A stretch of DNA of 64,000 nt from Candidatus Nomurabacteria bacterium. Its GTDB lineage: Bacteria; Patescibacteriota; Minisyncoccia; Phycocordibacterales; UBA918. The notes below the pieces were generated by a model. That model ran no database searches, had not been told where the DNA came from, and worked only from the letters and a program-made list of their open reading frames with translations. Position 1 is the stretch's first letter. Every line of letters starts with the position of its first letter. Below, one piece after another: positions 18,515 through 28,544 of the stretch. The DNA lies in assembly GCA_023898525.1 (NCBI GenBank), contig CP060227.1:1021932-1085931 (forward strand). Direction: 5' to 3'. Position numbers and translations under genes: made by a program.

Positions 18515-19714
18515 ATGCAATTACGACAAATCTTTCTTACTATTTTAGTTAGTAGTTTGGTAACCTCCCTGATTTTGATCGGGTATGAATCTAGGTCAAA
18601 TACTGGTATGCAGGTTGTTAGTGGTGATGTAGATCAATCAAACATAACCGACTCTTATATGCCAGAGAACGAGCAAATTATCTCGATGATAGAACACGTA
18701 AATCCAGCTGTGGTTTCGGTGGTGGTAACTAAGGATGTTCCGATTTATGAACGCTATTATGAGCAGTTTGATCCTTGGGGTTTGTTTGGAGGATTTTCTG
18801 TACCACGAACGCGTGAGTTGGGTACCGAAGAGAAGGAGGTCGGTGGTGGTTCAGGGTTTGTTGTAAGCGACAACGGCTTGATTGTCACTAATCGGCATGT
18901 GGTAGATGACCCAGAGGCGCGTTATTCAATTTTAACTAATGATGGAGTAGCTTACGATGTGGAGGTGTTGGCTCGGGATCAACAGTTAGATATCGCTGTA
19001 TTAAAAGTGCTTGATCTGCCTGAAGATGTGGTCTTACCTTCTCTTTCCTTTGGTGATTCTGAAAGTCTTAAGCTCGGGCAGCGGGTAGTAGCTATTGGAA
19101 ATGCTTTGGCTGAATTTAGAAATTCAGTGTCAGTTGGTGTGGTATCTGGGCTGGCTCGCTCGATCACTGCTACAGACGGTAGTGGGAGGAGTGAAAATCT
19201 AGATCAGGTTATACAAACTGACGCAGCTATCAACCCCGGTAATTCCGGAGGCCCGCTTTTGGATATAGATGGTAATGTGATTGGGGTTAATGTTGCTACC
19301 TCACGCGGGGCTGATAACATCGGTTTTGCTTTGCCGGCTCACGTGGTGAAAGGGGTAGTAGAGTCAGTCAAGGAGCATGGTAAGATTGTGAGACCGTTTC
19401 TAGGTGTGCGTTATGTGATGATTGATCCAGAGCTCCAGAAAAAGAATAATATTACTGTTGATTATGGTGCTTTGATTGCTAGGGGTGAGTCACGAGATGA
19501 GTTGGCGGTTATGCCAGGCTCACCGGCTGACAAGGCTGGTTTGGTAGAAAACGATATAATATTATCAATTGATGGAGAAAAGTTGGGTGATAGCGATTTG
19601 GCTACTATCTTGCGGTCCAAGCAGGTAGGGGACACAATAAAACTTACGATTCTTCATAAGGGAGTAGAGGAAACTAAAGCTGTTACGTTAATAGAAATGC
19701 CAAACGGTAATTAA
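18515..19714 (+). CDS. htrA: HtrA/DegP-family serine protease with PDZ domain
   Basis: N-terminal TM. Catalytic His (VTNRHVV). Asp and GNSGGPLLD Ser motif. C-terminal PDZ region. Confidence 0.85.
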   Translation: MQLRQIFLTILVSSLVTSLILIGYESRSNTGMQVVSGDVDQSNITDSYMPENEQIISMIEHVNPAVVSVVVTKDVPIYERYYEQFDPWGLFGGFSVPRTRELGTEEKEVGGGSGFVVSDNGLIVTNRHVVDDPEARYSILTNDGVAYDVEVLARDQQLDIAVLKVLDLPEDVVLPSLSFGDSESLKLGQRVVAIGNALAEFRNSVSVGVVSGLARSITATDGSGRSENLDQVIQTDAAINPGNSGGPLLDIDGNVIGVNVATSRGADNIGFALPAHVVKGVVESVKEHGKIVRPFLGVRYVMIDPELQKKNNITVDYGALIARGESRDELAVMPGSPADKAGLVENDIILSIDGEKLGDSDLATILRSKQVGDTIKLTILHKGVEETKAVTLIEMPNGN

Positions 19715-19744
19715 TACAAGTGATTCTGTTGGTCAAGGTGTTAT

Positions 19745-19786
19745 AATTATCAGCGATACTGCATAAAGTATCGCTGATAATTTTAT
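19745..19786 (+). terminator. rho-independent terminator of htrA
   Basis: AATTATCAGCGATACT-gcataa-AGTATCGCTGATAATT perfect 16-bp stem followed by TTTTAT. Confidence 0.5.
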
Positions 19787-20123
19787 GCCAATGGATAATC
19801 TCAAAAAGGAATTTAATCAAGTGTCTAAAACTGTGGCTAAGGAAGCTTTGCAAACAGCCGATATTTTAGAGTCTGGTGTAGAGAAGACTGTCACTGATGT
19901 AGATCGCTATGTTGAGCCGATTCGCCTTACAGTTTTTAGGCGGTACCCGATTTTGTTTTCAGTGTTGGTTTTATCTGGCGCGGTTATCACTACGTTAGGT
20001 TTCGAATATATACTTCATCGCTACAGTATTTTGGTTAATCACCCTTGGTTAGTCTTCTTAACCGGTCTGGTCATACTGACTTTTACCGGTGGTTTGTATA
20101 AAAACCTTAAAAATAAATTATGA
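19785..20123 (+). CDS. hypothetical membrane protein
   Basis: 112 aa with 2 C-terminal TM helices. Confidence 0.45.
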   Translation: MPMDNLKKEFNQVSKTVAKEALQTADILESGVEKTVTDVDRYVEPIRLTVFRRYPILFSVLVLSGAVITTLGFEYILHRYSILVNHPWLVFLTGLVILTFTGGLYKNLKNKL

Positions 20124-20299
20124 GTTTCTGGCGGTTTGTTTTCTCTTTTTTATATACCCGTAACTGGTACAGTGGGCAAATGGAGTTATCCCGTCCAAGA
20201 GTCGCTTTGTTTGGTTCGGCCTTGTTATTGATTGTGCTCGCGCTACTCCTGATTTCGTTATTGCAAACGCCAATTGAATATAACGCTGCTTCTATATGA
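20120..20299 (+). CDS. small hydrophobic protein (below ORF-track size cutoff)
   Basis: ATGA start/stop overlap with the upstream gene. 59 aa, MSFWRFVFSFLYTRNWY...LLLIVLALLLISLL. Confidence 0.25.
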   Translation: MSFWRFVFSFLYTRNWYSGQMELSRPRVALFGSALLLIVLALLLISLLQTPIEYNAASI

Positions 20300-20414
20300 A
20301 AAGATTTCTAATAACATCTGCTACCTTACTCATTTTAGCGATAATAATTGTAGTATTAGTACATTATTACATCCAAACTACCTTGTAGAATTAAGAGCAA
20401 CTCTTTTAGTTTTT

Positions 20415-22211
20415 TTAGACATAAAACGGCCAAAAATACATTATCATTGGTATAGTGGTAATCACAATAATTATCTCAAGTGGTAAGCCGACTCTTGTAT
20501 AGTCATTAAAGGTATAGCCTCCCGGTCGCATTACAATCGTATTGGATTCGTGTCCAATCGGAGTCAAAAAAGCGCAGGAAGACCCGATAGCAACTGCCAT
20601 CAAGAAGGGGTCAACTGATACTTGCATACTTTGTGCCACCAAGATGGCTATTGGAGCTGTTACTACTGCAGCAGCGGTGGCATTCATGAAGTCTGCGAGC
20701 AGCATAGCAATGATAAGAACAATTAACAGCATTATCATTGGTCCGACAAAGGTGTGGATGCTGAGGAGACCGGTCGCTAGGGCCTTAGCGGCTCCGCTTT
20801 TAAGAAGGGCGTCTCCAAGAGTAATCATTCCAGCTAGTAGGATTAGTACTGTTTGGTCAATACTTTCGTAGGCTTGTCTTAAAGTAATAGTTTTTAAAAG
20901 GATAAGCAATACTGCAGCGACTAAGAATATTACTGGTAATGGAATAATATTGAAGGTGGCAATCAAAATAGCAGTGGTTGAAACGGCTAAGGTGGTGAAA
21001 ATCGAGGTATCGCGTCCCAGTATTACTTCTTCTTGGCGGTCAATTTGTAATAATTGCATAGATTCTATGGTTGATTCAATTGAGTCTATACGTCCTTGTA
21101 ATAGTAGGACATCATTTGGCCAAAAAGTGGTGCTCGCTAGCGGTGTTTCTAGTCTACCTTCTCGGCGATAGAGACTGATAAAATTTGTACCAAAGCGCTT
21201 TGGTAACGGGATGCTGTCCCAGGTTCTACCAATTATCTTTGAGTAGGTTGGCACCATTACTTCTATCGTAGCGTAGTCATCTTCATTGGTAACAAACCGT
21301 TCTTTAGCTCTTAGTCCCACTAAATTTAGATTTAAGAGGCTGGTTTGATCGGTCAAGGCCTCCAGTTCACCTTTTAATATTAAATGGTCATTGGCCATAA
21401 TTTGTGTCTGGTTAATGTCAGCTAGCATAGTAGCGTGTCGGTAAACAGCGACAACTTTTAGGTTGTGGTGACTGCGTGCTTCTACTTCGTGAACATCTAA
21501 GCCAATTAAGTCAGAATCATTCGGAACTGAAACTTCGGTTGTAAAAAAACGCAGAATATCGTTGTCATTATTATTTTCCCGTTGCTTTACCGGAATCAGC
21601 CGCCAAGAAATAAAGATAAGAAAGATAACTCCAATTAAAGCCACTGCTCCACCCACGTAGAAAAAGTCAAACATAGCGAATGGTGAACCTATCGCATCAA
21701 TTCTAAAATCTGAAATCAGTATGTTGCGCGGAGTTCCAATTAAAGTCGTGAATCCACCTAAGTGAGAGGCAAAGGCAAGTGGCAGCAGGAAAAGAGCAAT
21801 TGATTTATTGCTTTTTTTAGCTAAATAAATAGCTATTGGTATAGTAATAGCTAAAGCACCGGCATTATTTATAAAAGCAGATAAAAAAGTAACGAATATT
21901 ATAAGTAGAGCCAAACCAATCATTGGTCTGGTGTAAAACCAGGTCATTCGTCTGGTGAGTGCGTCAATAATCCCGGAGCGAATAAAAGCTTCGCTAATGA
22001 CAAACATGGCCGCGATAATGATGATGGCCGGATGACCAAAATTAGCGAATACTTCTTCATAGCCTAGAACACCGCTGGCAATAATCGCGAGCATTATAAG
22101 GATGGCTACAATATCGTACCGGATGCGGTTTTGTAAAAAAAGTGCTACGGCACCGGCTAGAATAATTAAAGCTAAGGCTTGCGGAAAAACGGTCAAAATG
22201 GCAGGTGTCAT
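20415..22211 (-). CDS. anion permease (SLC13/DASS-like) with two central TrkA-C domains
   Basis: About 12 TM in two repeats flanking a cytoplasmic region with TrkA-C-like segments. 598 aa. Confidence 0.65.
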   Translation of the reverse strand: MTPAILTVFPQALALIILAGAVALFLQNRIRYDIVAILIMLAIIASGVLGYEEVFANFGHPAIIIIAAMFVISEAFIRSGIIDALTRRMTWFYTRPMIGLALLIIFVTFLSAFINNAGALAITIPIAIYLAKKSNKSIALFLLPLAFASHLGGFTTLIGTPRNILISDFRIDAIGSPFAMFDFFYVGGAVALIGVIFLIFISWRLIPVKQRENNNDNDILRFFTTEVSVPNDSDLIGLDVHEVEARSHHNLKVVAVYRHATMLADINQTQIMANDHLILKGELEALTDQTSLLNLNLVGLRAKERFVTNEDDYATIEVMVPTYSKIIGRTWDSIPLPKRFGTNFISLYRREGRLETPLASTTFWPNDVLLLQGRIDSIESTIESMQLLQIDRQEEVILGRDTSIFTTLAVSTTAILIATFNIIPLPVIFLVAAVLLILLKTITLRQAYESIDQTVLILLAGMITLGDALLKSGAAKALATGLLSIHTFVGPMIMLLIVLIIAMLLADFMNATAAAVVTAPIAILVAQSMQVSVDPFLMAVAIGSSCAFLTPIGHESNTIVMRPGGYTFNDYTRVGLPLEIIIVITTIPMIMYFWPFYV

Positions 22212-22357
22212 ATAGGTGATATAGAAAAATTAGTAAATGTATGTTATAGTATGCGACATTATAATTACAGATAAACTATAACATTCATTTAGGGTTTTTT
22301 TGTCCATTATTCGTAAGATATTGTGTATTGATAAATAACCTAAATTATTAGCCAATT

Positions 22358-23455
22358 ATGAAACGTTTACTAATATTTGCTTTTGTCCTGCTCTTGTTGC
22401 CGGCTGTTGCTTGGGGCTCTTCTGTCATGAGAACTGGGGAACTGGTTTCATTGTCACCTGATCAGATTGTTGAGGGTGATTTTTATGGCATGAGTGACAA
22501 TGTTGCTGTTTCTGGTACGGTGACCGAGGATCTCTTAGTTTTGACTGGTGATTTGTCTATAAACGGAAATGTTGGTGCTGATTTAGCTGCTTTGGCTGGA
22601 CAGGTGAATGTACATGGTCTTATTAGTGATGATGCTAGAATTGTGGCTGGTGAGGTTATGGTGGATGGTGAAATTAAGGGTGATTTGGTGGTAATCGCTA
22701 AGTCCCTTAAGGTGTTACCAGAAGCTAAGATTGGCGGCGACATTCTTTTCTTTGGTGGTAGTGCCGATATAGCGGGGGTGGTTGGTGGTAGTGTACTTGG
22801 TTACAATGAAAAACTTCGCATTGATGCCGAGGTTGGTCAAGGGATAGATGTGACCACCAAAGGTTTAGTTCTGGGAGACAAGGCTGATATCGGCGAAAGT
22901 ATAAAGTATGTTAGCGTTACCGAGATAGTTAGATCCCAAAATTCCCATGTGACCGGCAGTATTGTGCGAAGCGATCCGGTATTTGAGGAAAAAAGCGTCG
23001 CTCGTGATGTTTTAATTCCTTTTTTAATTACTACCTTTGCTGCTCTAGTATTGTATCTATTCTTCAAGAGCTTTATTCAGAGAGTGGTGCTCAACTCGCA
23101 ACAACACGCCTTACGCAACATATTGGTTGGCTTAAGTGTGGTATTTGCTGTCCCGATGGTGGCCATGATTCTGGTGTTTAGCACCCTTGGTTTACTGCTT
23201 GGTATAGCACTCATGTTTATATATTTGACCCTACTAGTCGTTAGTTTTGTGCTTGCTGGTATTATTACCGGTTCATTTATCACCAGACCCCTTACGAAGA
23301 CCGGCGAGGTTTCGATACCATTTATTGTATTAGGTGTATTTTCTATTCATGCCTTTGTCTATATACCGGTTGTCGGTTTCATAGTATTGCTTGCTGTGCT
23401 TTTGATGACAGTGGGCTCTGTTAGTGTTCAGTTATATCGTCTGTTGCGTAATTAA
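22358..23455 (+). CDS. bactofilin-like repeat domain fused to a C-terminal 4-TM membrane domain
   Basis: Signal peptide, then reiterated GD(L/I)x(V/I)xGxVxGD beta-helix repeats (bactofilin/DUF342-like), then hydrophobic helices. Confidence 0.5.
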   Translation: MKRLLIFAFVLLLLPAVAWGSSVMRTGELVSLSPDQIVEGDFYGMSDNVAVSGTVTEDLLVLTGDLSINGNVGADLAALAGQVNVHGLISDDARIVAGEVMVDGEIKGDLVVIAKSLKVLPEAKIGGDILFFGGSADIAGVVGGSVLGYNEKLRIDAEVGQGIDVTTKGLVLGDKADIGESIKYVSVTEIVRSQNSHVTGSIVRSDPVFEEKSVARDVLIPFLITTFAALVLYLFFKSFIQRVVLNSQQHALRNILVGLSVVFAVPMVAMILVFSTLGLLLGIALMFIYLTLLVVSFVLAGIITGSFITRPLTKTGEVSIPFIVLGVFSIHAFVYIPVVGFIVLLAVLLMTVGSVSVQLYRLLRN

Positions 23456-23511
23456 TCTAGAGAGTAATCATAAGCTATTTTCCCTCTGTGCTTTTGTGGT
23501 AGTATTTACTA

Positions 23512-24198
23512 ATGAAAAAAGTGGCTTTTTTTGATATCGACGGTACGGTTTTTCGTTCAAGCTTACTCATCGAATTAGTGCATTATTTAATAAAAGCCGG
23601 GGTTTTTCCGTCTGATGCGGTTGATGAATTTGAGTCAGATAAAATATCCTGGCAAAATCGTGAGGGAGCTTACGGAGTTTACGTGGATTCGGTGGTTAGA
23701 ACCTATCTCAAACACATAAAAGGTGTACATTACGGTGAATTAGCGGATATTGGTAGACAAGTGGTAGCGATTCAAAGTCGGCGTGTTTACCGTTATACTA
23801 GAGATCTAATTAAAAGATTAAAGAACGAAGATTACTACATAGTAGCTATTTCTCAGTCTCCTAAAAGAATTTTAGACGATTTTTGTACCCAGTATGGTTT
23901 TGATAAGGTCTATGGTCATATCTATGAAATTGGTCCACAGGATCGTTTTACCGGTGTGGTGACAAATGAACACTTGATTAAAAATAAAGCTAATATTTTA
24001 AAGAGAGTTTTTGACCGTAATCCTGATTTGGTCAAGAAAGATTCTTTGGCAGTAGGGGATACAGAGAGTGATATACCACTGCTTGAATTGGTTGATAATC
24101 CAATTTGTTTTAATCCAAACCAAGCTCTATACAATCACGCCAAAAGAATGAAGTGGGAAGTGGTTGTGGAGCGTAAGGATGTGGTTTATCATCTTTAA
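23512..24198 (+). CDS. HAD-IB family hydrolase (phosphoserine phosphatase-like)
   Basis: Motif I FFDIDGTVF. C-terminal GDTESDIPLL motif IV. Confidence 0.7.
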   Translation: MKKVAFFDIDGTVFRSSLLIELVHYLIKAGVFPSDAVDEFESDKISWQNREGAYGVYVDSVVRTYLKHIKGVHYGELADIGRQVVAIQSRRVYRYTRDLIKRLKNEDYYIVAISQSPKRILDDFCTQYGFDKVYGHIYEIGPQDRFTGVVTNEHLIKNKANILKRVFDRNPDLVKKDSLAVGDTESDIPLLELVDNPICFNPNQALYNHAKRMKWEVVVERKDVVYHL

Positions 24199-25167
24199 TT
24201 ATCTCAGCACTTTAGGGTTATCGGGTGCATAGTATATGCCCAACATACCCATGGCGCCAGTGATGGGTTCCGGGTAGGGATTTGAATAAGTGGCGGTAAT
24301 GGTTATCTGGTCTCCGGCTTTTACACGAAATGACTCTTGGCCGTGAATAGTGTTGTACCCGTATGGTCGGTCAGCCTTTTTGGTGTCGTAATGTTTCAAG
24401 GGTTCTCCGTTTAAATACACGTCCAATGCCTGACCACCCTCCCAACCATGTAAATGGGCGCCCATATAGACAATCGCACCATCACCAGGGAAAGTGTATG
24501 ACGAAAATGATTCGGTTGATGGTGTGCTTGTGCCGGCTATAAATTCATCTGTATTAGCTGGGACTGTAAATGTCGATCCGCATCCTTCTTCCATAATAGC
24601 TAAGAAAATAAAATCGACGGGTTTTAAGTTATTAATTTCTTCTTCGGAGGCTAAGGTCATGGTTATTTTGGTTGAAACATCCTTATATTCCTTGCCAAAA
24701 CCGACTGGTGGTAGTGGGTTATGAAACATGGTTGATAACTGCAGAAATGTATTTTTCGGTATATACTGCGCGTAGCCATCCGGTAGCACTGCTGAAGGAT
24801 TATACATACTGTCCTCACCGATGCTGAGAATCGGTCTAAAGGCATTACATTTTTCATTATATTGGTCTAGTCGGCGCAAATCAGCGTGGTGCAACACAGT
24901 GTCGTCTGCATTTTGTAAATTAAAAGAGATTTTTTTGATCCAGAGGTCATATGGATATGATACCTTTTCTGAGTAAGAAAATTTGTGATGAGTAGCCTGC
25001 ATCATAGAGTCACCATGAGTGTGTTCGTGTGGGTGGAGTTCAGGAATAATTGCTGTCGCTAATTCTACAGTCCTTGGTATGTTGTCTTTTGTGTCTTTTG
25101 GTGTTTCAAATGAAGCAGTTAATATTACTGCAATTGTAATTATCAGGACTGGTGCGATATATTTCAT
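24199..25167 (-). CDS. secreted His-rich hypothetical protein
   Basis: N-terminal signal/TM. HPHEHTHGD and HLHGWEGG motifs suggest metal binding. No family assigned. Confidence 0.45.
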   Translation of the reverse strand: MKYIAPVLIITIAVILTASFETPKDTKDNIPRTVELATAIIPELHPHEHTHGDSMMQATHHKFSYSEKVSYPYDLWIKKISFNLQNADDTVLHHADLRRLDQYNEKCNAFRPILSIGEDSMYNPSAVLPDGYAQYIPKNTFLQLSTMFHNPLPPVGFGKEYKDVSTKITMTLASEEEINNLKPVDFIFLAIMEEGCGSTFTVPANTDEFIAGTSTPSTESFSSYTFPGDGAIVYMGAHLHGWEGGQALDVYLNGEPLKHYDTKKADRPYGYNTIHGQESFRVKAGDQITITATYSNPYPEPITGAMGMLGIYYAPDNPKVLR

Positions 25168-25210
25168 ATTTTTACCAAATTAATTTATTCATAGTACCAT
25201 TTTTTAAGTT

Positions 25211-26410
25211 CTATTTTGTATCGGTAAGCCTAATGGTGGCAAAAATTCCGGTTGTCATGATTAAAGCTAAGATAATAAATATAAGGTTGAATGGTAAAAA
25301 TATGAGGGCTAAACTACCGAGACCGGCTCCAATCAAATTACCGAGTGGTCTGGTAAGACGGAAGAAGCTTATCACGTTGGAGTCGTCACCCTGAACATGC
25401 TTAAAGAAATAGCTTTCTGAGGTGACCTCAACCAGACTGGCTCCAATTCGACTTACAAACATCAATACCATCCAAGTCAGAATATTTGTAGAATCAGTAA
25501 AGGTTATTGTTGCTGAAGCCAAGGCTAAGAATAAAAAGCCGGTGGCCATCATCTCCTTTTCGCCAATTTTTTCGTCGGCTAACCGTCCGGCTGGGTACTC
25601 AACTAAGATAAAAGCAAACAAGCCAGCTGCGATGATTTTACTAATACCACTCCAATCAAAACCGATTTCAGTCGCTAGATATAGAGGGATATAAATAACA
25701 GCCCAAGTAAAAAATAACTGTAATAGAAACTGAGCGTACATCACAATTTTTATATCAAGGTTTTTCAGTGAGTTTATTAAAACAGTTCGTATATCAATTG
25801 CTTCGTAAGGTGGATCGTAAAAATGTCTAAATCTTGCCACTACAAGTATAAATATCAAAAAGGCTATTCCAGCGGCAGAGAAGTAGACTTGGGGTAAGTT
25901 ATTGTCGCCGCCTACAATATAACCCATGGTTAAAGGGGCGCAGAATGAGGCTACACTCATTAAGGATAAAATAATACCGCGTCGGCTACCCGTGGAATGC
26001 TCATCGGTACCGATTAGAGTTTCAAGGAAAATATCAATATTTAAATAGATTTGTGGGAAGGTGGCCATATAAAGGGCAAAGGCTACTACGGTGAGTGTGG
26101 GGGTTGGGGCAAAGCCTAAGAACAACAATAATATAATCAGGCTGAGTATTAAGATTAGTATATAGGCAACGTTACCGATTTTTCGCAGAATGTTTGAAGA
26201 AAGTAAAATAAGTACTATTGCACCAAATGAACCGGTTGCGTAAACAAGGCCAACGTATTCGGCTGGAATAAACTGCTCTAGATAGGTAGAACCGATAAAG
26301 GCGGTTAGTAGAGTCTGAAAAGCAAAAATGGTCGATAACAGATAAATCAGAGCAAAACTAATTGCTTTGTTTGGCTTCTCAGTTAAAAATAAGTGTCGGT
26401 AGTTATCCAT
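25211..26410 (-). CDS. MFS-type transporter
   Basis: 12 predicted TM helices in a 6+6 arrangement. Confidence 0.7.
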   Translation of the reverse strand: MDNYRHLFLTEKPNKAISFALIYLLSTIFAFQTLLTAFIGSTYLEQFIPAEYVGLVYATGSFGAIVLILLSSNILRKIGNVAYILILILSLIILLLFLGFAPTPTLTVVAFALYMATFPQIYLNIDIFLETLIGTDEHSTGSRRGIILSLMSVASFCAPLTMGYIVGGDNNLPQVYFSAAGIAFLIFILVVARFRHFYDPPYEAIDIRTVLINSLKNLDIKIVMYAQFLLQLFFTWAVIYIPLYLATEIGFDWSGISKIIAAGLFAFILVEYPAGRLADEKIGEKEMMATGFLFLALASATITFTDSTNILTWMVLMFVSRIGASLVEVTSESYFFKHVQGDDSNVISFFRLTRPLGNLIGAGLGSLALIFLPFNLIFIILALIMTTGIFATIRLTDTK

Positions 26411-26484
26411 GACTTTGGCTACTGTAATATGTAGTGTACTAGATGTGACGGTAAAGTTGGTGTTTGATTGGTGAAAAATGTGGA

Positions 26485-26525
26485 GACAATAAGGGCACGA
26501 GACGAAGTCTCGTGCCCTTATTGTC
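26485..26525 (-). terminator. rho-independent terminator downstream of rnj
   Basis: GACAATAAGGGCACGAGAC-gaag-GTCTCGTGCCCTTATTGTC perfect 19-bp stem. Confidence 0.55.
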
Positions 26526-26541
26526 TAAGTTTCTACTTAAA

Positions 26542-28500
26542 TTAAATTCCAATCAAAACCGGAATCACCATTGGGGTTTTATGAGTCTTTTGCATTAAGA
26601 AGCCACTCACGACATCGGTCAATTGTTCCTTAACATAATCTAGGTCAATCGGGTTCATATGTTCTGTTTGTTTTTCAACCGTTCGTTTTATTAGGACTCT
26701 GGCTTCAGATAGAAGTTGTTGATTTTCACGTAGGTAAACAAACCCTCGGGAAATAATATCTGGTGACTTGCGTAACTTTCCAGTCTTGCTGTTCACAGTC
26801 GCAATAATTACAAACATCCCATCTTGCGCCAGACTCATACGGTCTCGTAAGACCACTTCTTGCCTAGCTCCAACTGTAAAGCCGTCTACCATCAAAAGTT
26901 CGGTTGGGATCTTCATTGGTTGTTTGATTATTTCCGAACCATTTTTGATATCTATTATGGTTCCGTTGTCTGGAACAACAATATTTTCTTTCGGAAAACC
27001 ATTCTCTATCGCGGCGTAGGTTTGGCTTTTTAGGTGGAAATGGTGTCCATGGACTGGGATTAGGTACTTAGGTTTGATTGTCTGATGTACCCAGACCAGT
27101 TCGCCGGCGTTACCGTGCCCTGAAGAGTGGACGTGAGAACCTTTATAGTTAACAACCTTTACGTTTTTACGGTAAATATTGTCCTTTAATTTCTGTACTG
27201 CTATCTCATTGCCTGGAATAACCGAAGAAGAAAGAACGATCGTGTCACGTTCATTTAAGGTAACAAACTTATGTTTGTCGGTGGCCATACGCATTAGGGC
27301 AGCGAACTCTTCTCCTTGTGCTCCGGTCGAAAGGATAACGATCTTGTCGCTAGGGTAATCCGCCATGTCACCGGCATTGATAAAGGTGCCTGGCTTAACC
27401 TTCATGAGGTTAGCTGCGATGGCAATATCAATGTTGGTCTTAATACTACGTCCCTCAAGCACTACTTTTTTTCCGGTTTCTTCACAAGTGCTAATAATGT
27501 TTATTAGACGATCAAATTGTGAGGCAAAGGTTCCGATGATAAGGCGACCGGTAGCGGCTTTAATAATATTTTCCAAAGTCTCGTATACTTTACTTTCAGA
27601 AGCCGAAAAACCTTCTCGATCAGCGTTGGTTGAGTCACAAAGGAGAGCTAGGTTATTGTTTAGACCAACTTTTTCCCAAGAAGCCCTTTCTTCAACCACA
27701 ACCTTTCCGTCTTCGTGAACTAGCTTAATATCACCAGTAATAACAACATCGCCATGCTTAGTTTCTACGCATACTCCCATGGCGTCTGGTATAGAGTGGG
27801 TGACGCGGAAGGTTTTGATTTTAGTTTTACCGACGGTAAAGCTTTCGCCTTCGCTAATCACGTTGATTTTAACCGGTTCCATATGAGGAAACTCTTCTTG
27901 ACGCTTCAAAATCATAAGTGATGTTAGGTACTGAGTGTAGATTGGCGGGTTACCAATACGTTCCATAATGAAAGGAATGCCACCAATATGGTCAAGGTGT
28001 CCGTGAGTTACGACTAAGGCACGAATTTTGTGCTTTCGTTCCTCTAGATACTGGGTATTAGGCAAAATGTAATTGATGCCAGGAGCGTTACTTTCTTCTG
28101 ATACAAATTGAAAACCGGCATCGATAACAATAATATCGTCCTTGGTTTCAATTATGTTCATGTTACGACCAATTTCTTCTACGCCAGAAACAGGGATGAT
28201 ACGTACTGTGTCTTCGTCGGTTATCTCAGGGATAATTGGGTGTTTTTCAGTTGTAATATTTAGTCGATGAGTCAATGATGGAGCTGCTGTTGGACGCCTC
28301 CTTTGAGCGTGACGTCTACGACCACCGCTTCGACCAGAGGTTGATTTGCTAACAGTAGTAGCTCTATCAGTTTGTTTGCGAGCCGGGTTGACTTTTTGGG
28401 TGTTATACCTGCCCGCTGGTCTGGCGCCTTGTCTTTTTGTTGTACTACCTCCTCGTCGGTAGTTAGGTTTATTGTTTTTTGTTTCTTTTTCTCTGTTCAT
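26542..28500 (-). CDS. rnj: ribonuclease J (metallo-beta-lactamase/beta-CASP) with Arg-rich N-terminal extension
   Basis: HGHLDHIGG motif II. beta-CASP and C-terminal domain. About 85 aa basic low-complexity N-terminus. Confidence 0.85.
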   Translation of the reverse strand: MNREKETKNNKPNYRRGGSTTKRQGARPAGRYNTQKVNPARKQTDRATTVSKSTSGRSGGRRRHAQRRRPTAAPSLTHRLNITTEKHPIIPEITDEDTVRIIPVSGVEEIGRNMNIIETKDDIIVIDAGFQFVSEESNAPGINYILPNTQYLEERKHKIRALVVTHGHLDHIGGIPFIMERIGNPPIYTQYLTSLMILKRQEEFPHMEPVKINVISEGESFTVGKTKIKTFRVTHSIPDAMGVCVETKHGDVVITGDIKLVHEDGKVVVEERASWEKVGLNNNLALLCDSTNADREGFSASESKVYETLENIIKAATGRLIIGTFASQFDRLINIISTCEETGKKVVLEGRSIKTNIDIAIAANLMKVKPGTFINAGDMADYPSDKIVILSTGAQGEEFAALMRMATDKHKFVTLNERDTIVLSSSVIPGNEIAVQKLKDNIYRKNVKVVNYKGSHVHSSGHGNAGELVWVHQTIKPKYLIPVHGHHFHLKSQTYAAIENGFPKENIVVPDNGTIIDIKNGSEIIKQPMKIPTELLMVDGFTVGARQEVVLRDRMSLAQDGMFVIIATVNSKTGKLRKSPDIISRGFVYLRENQQLLSEARVLIKRTVEKQTEHMNPIDLDYVKEQLTDVVSGFLMQKTHKTPMVIPVLIGI

Positions 28501-28544
28501 AAATAAAATTATTATTAATTATTTCTTAAATATTTCACATTTAA

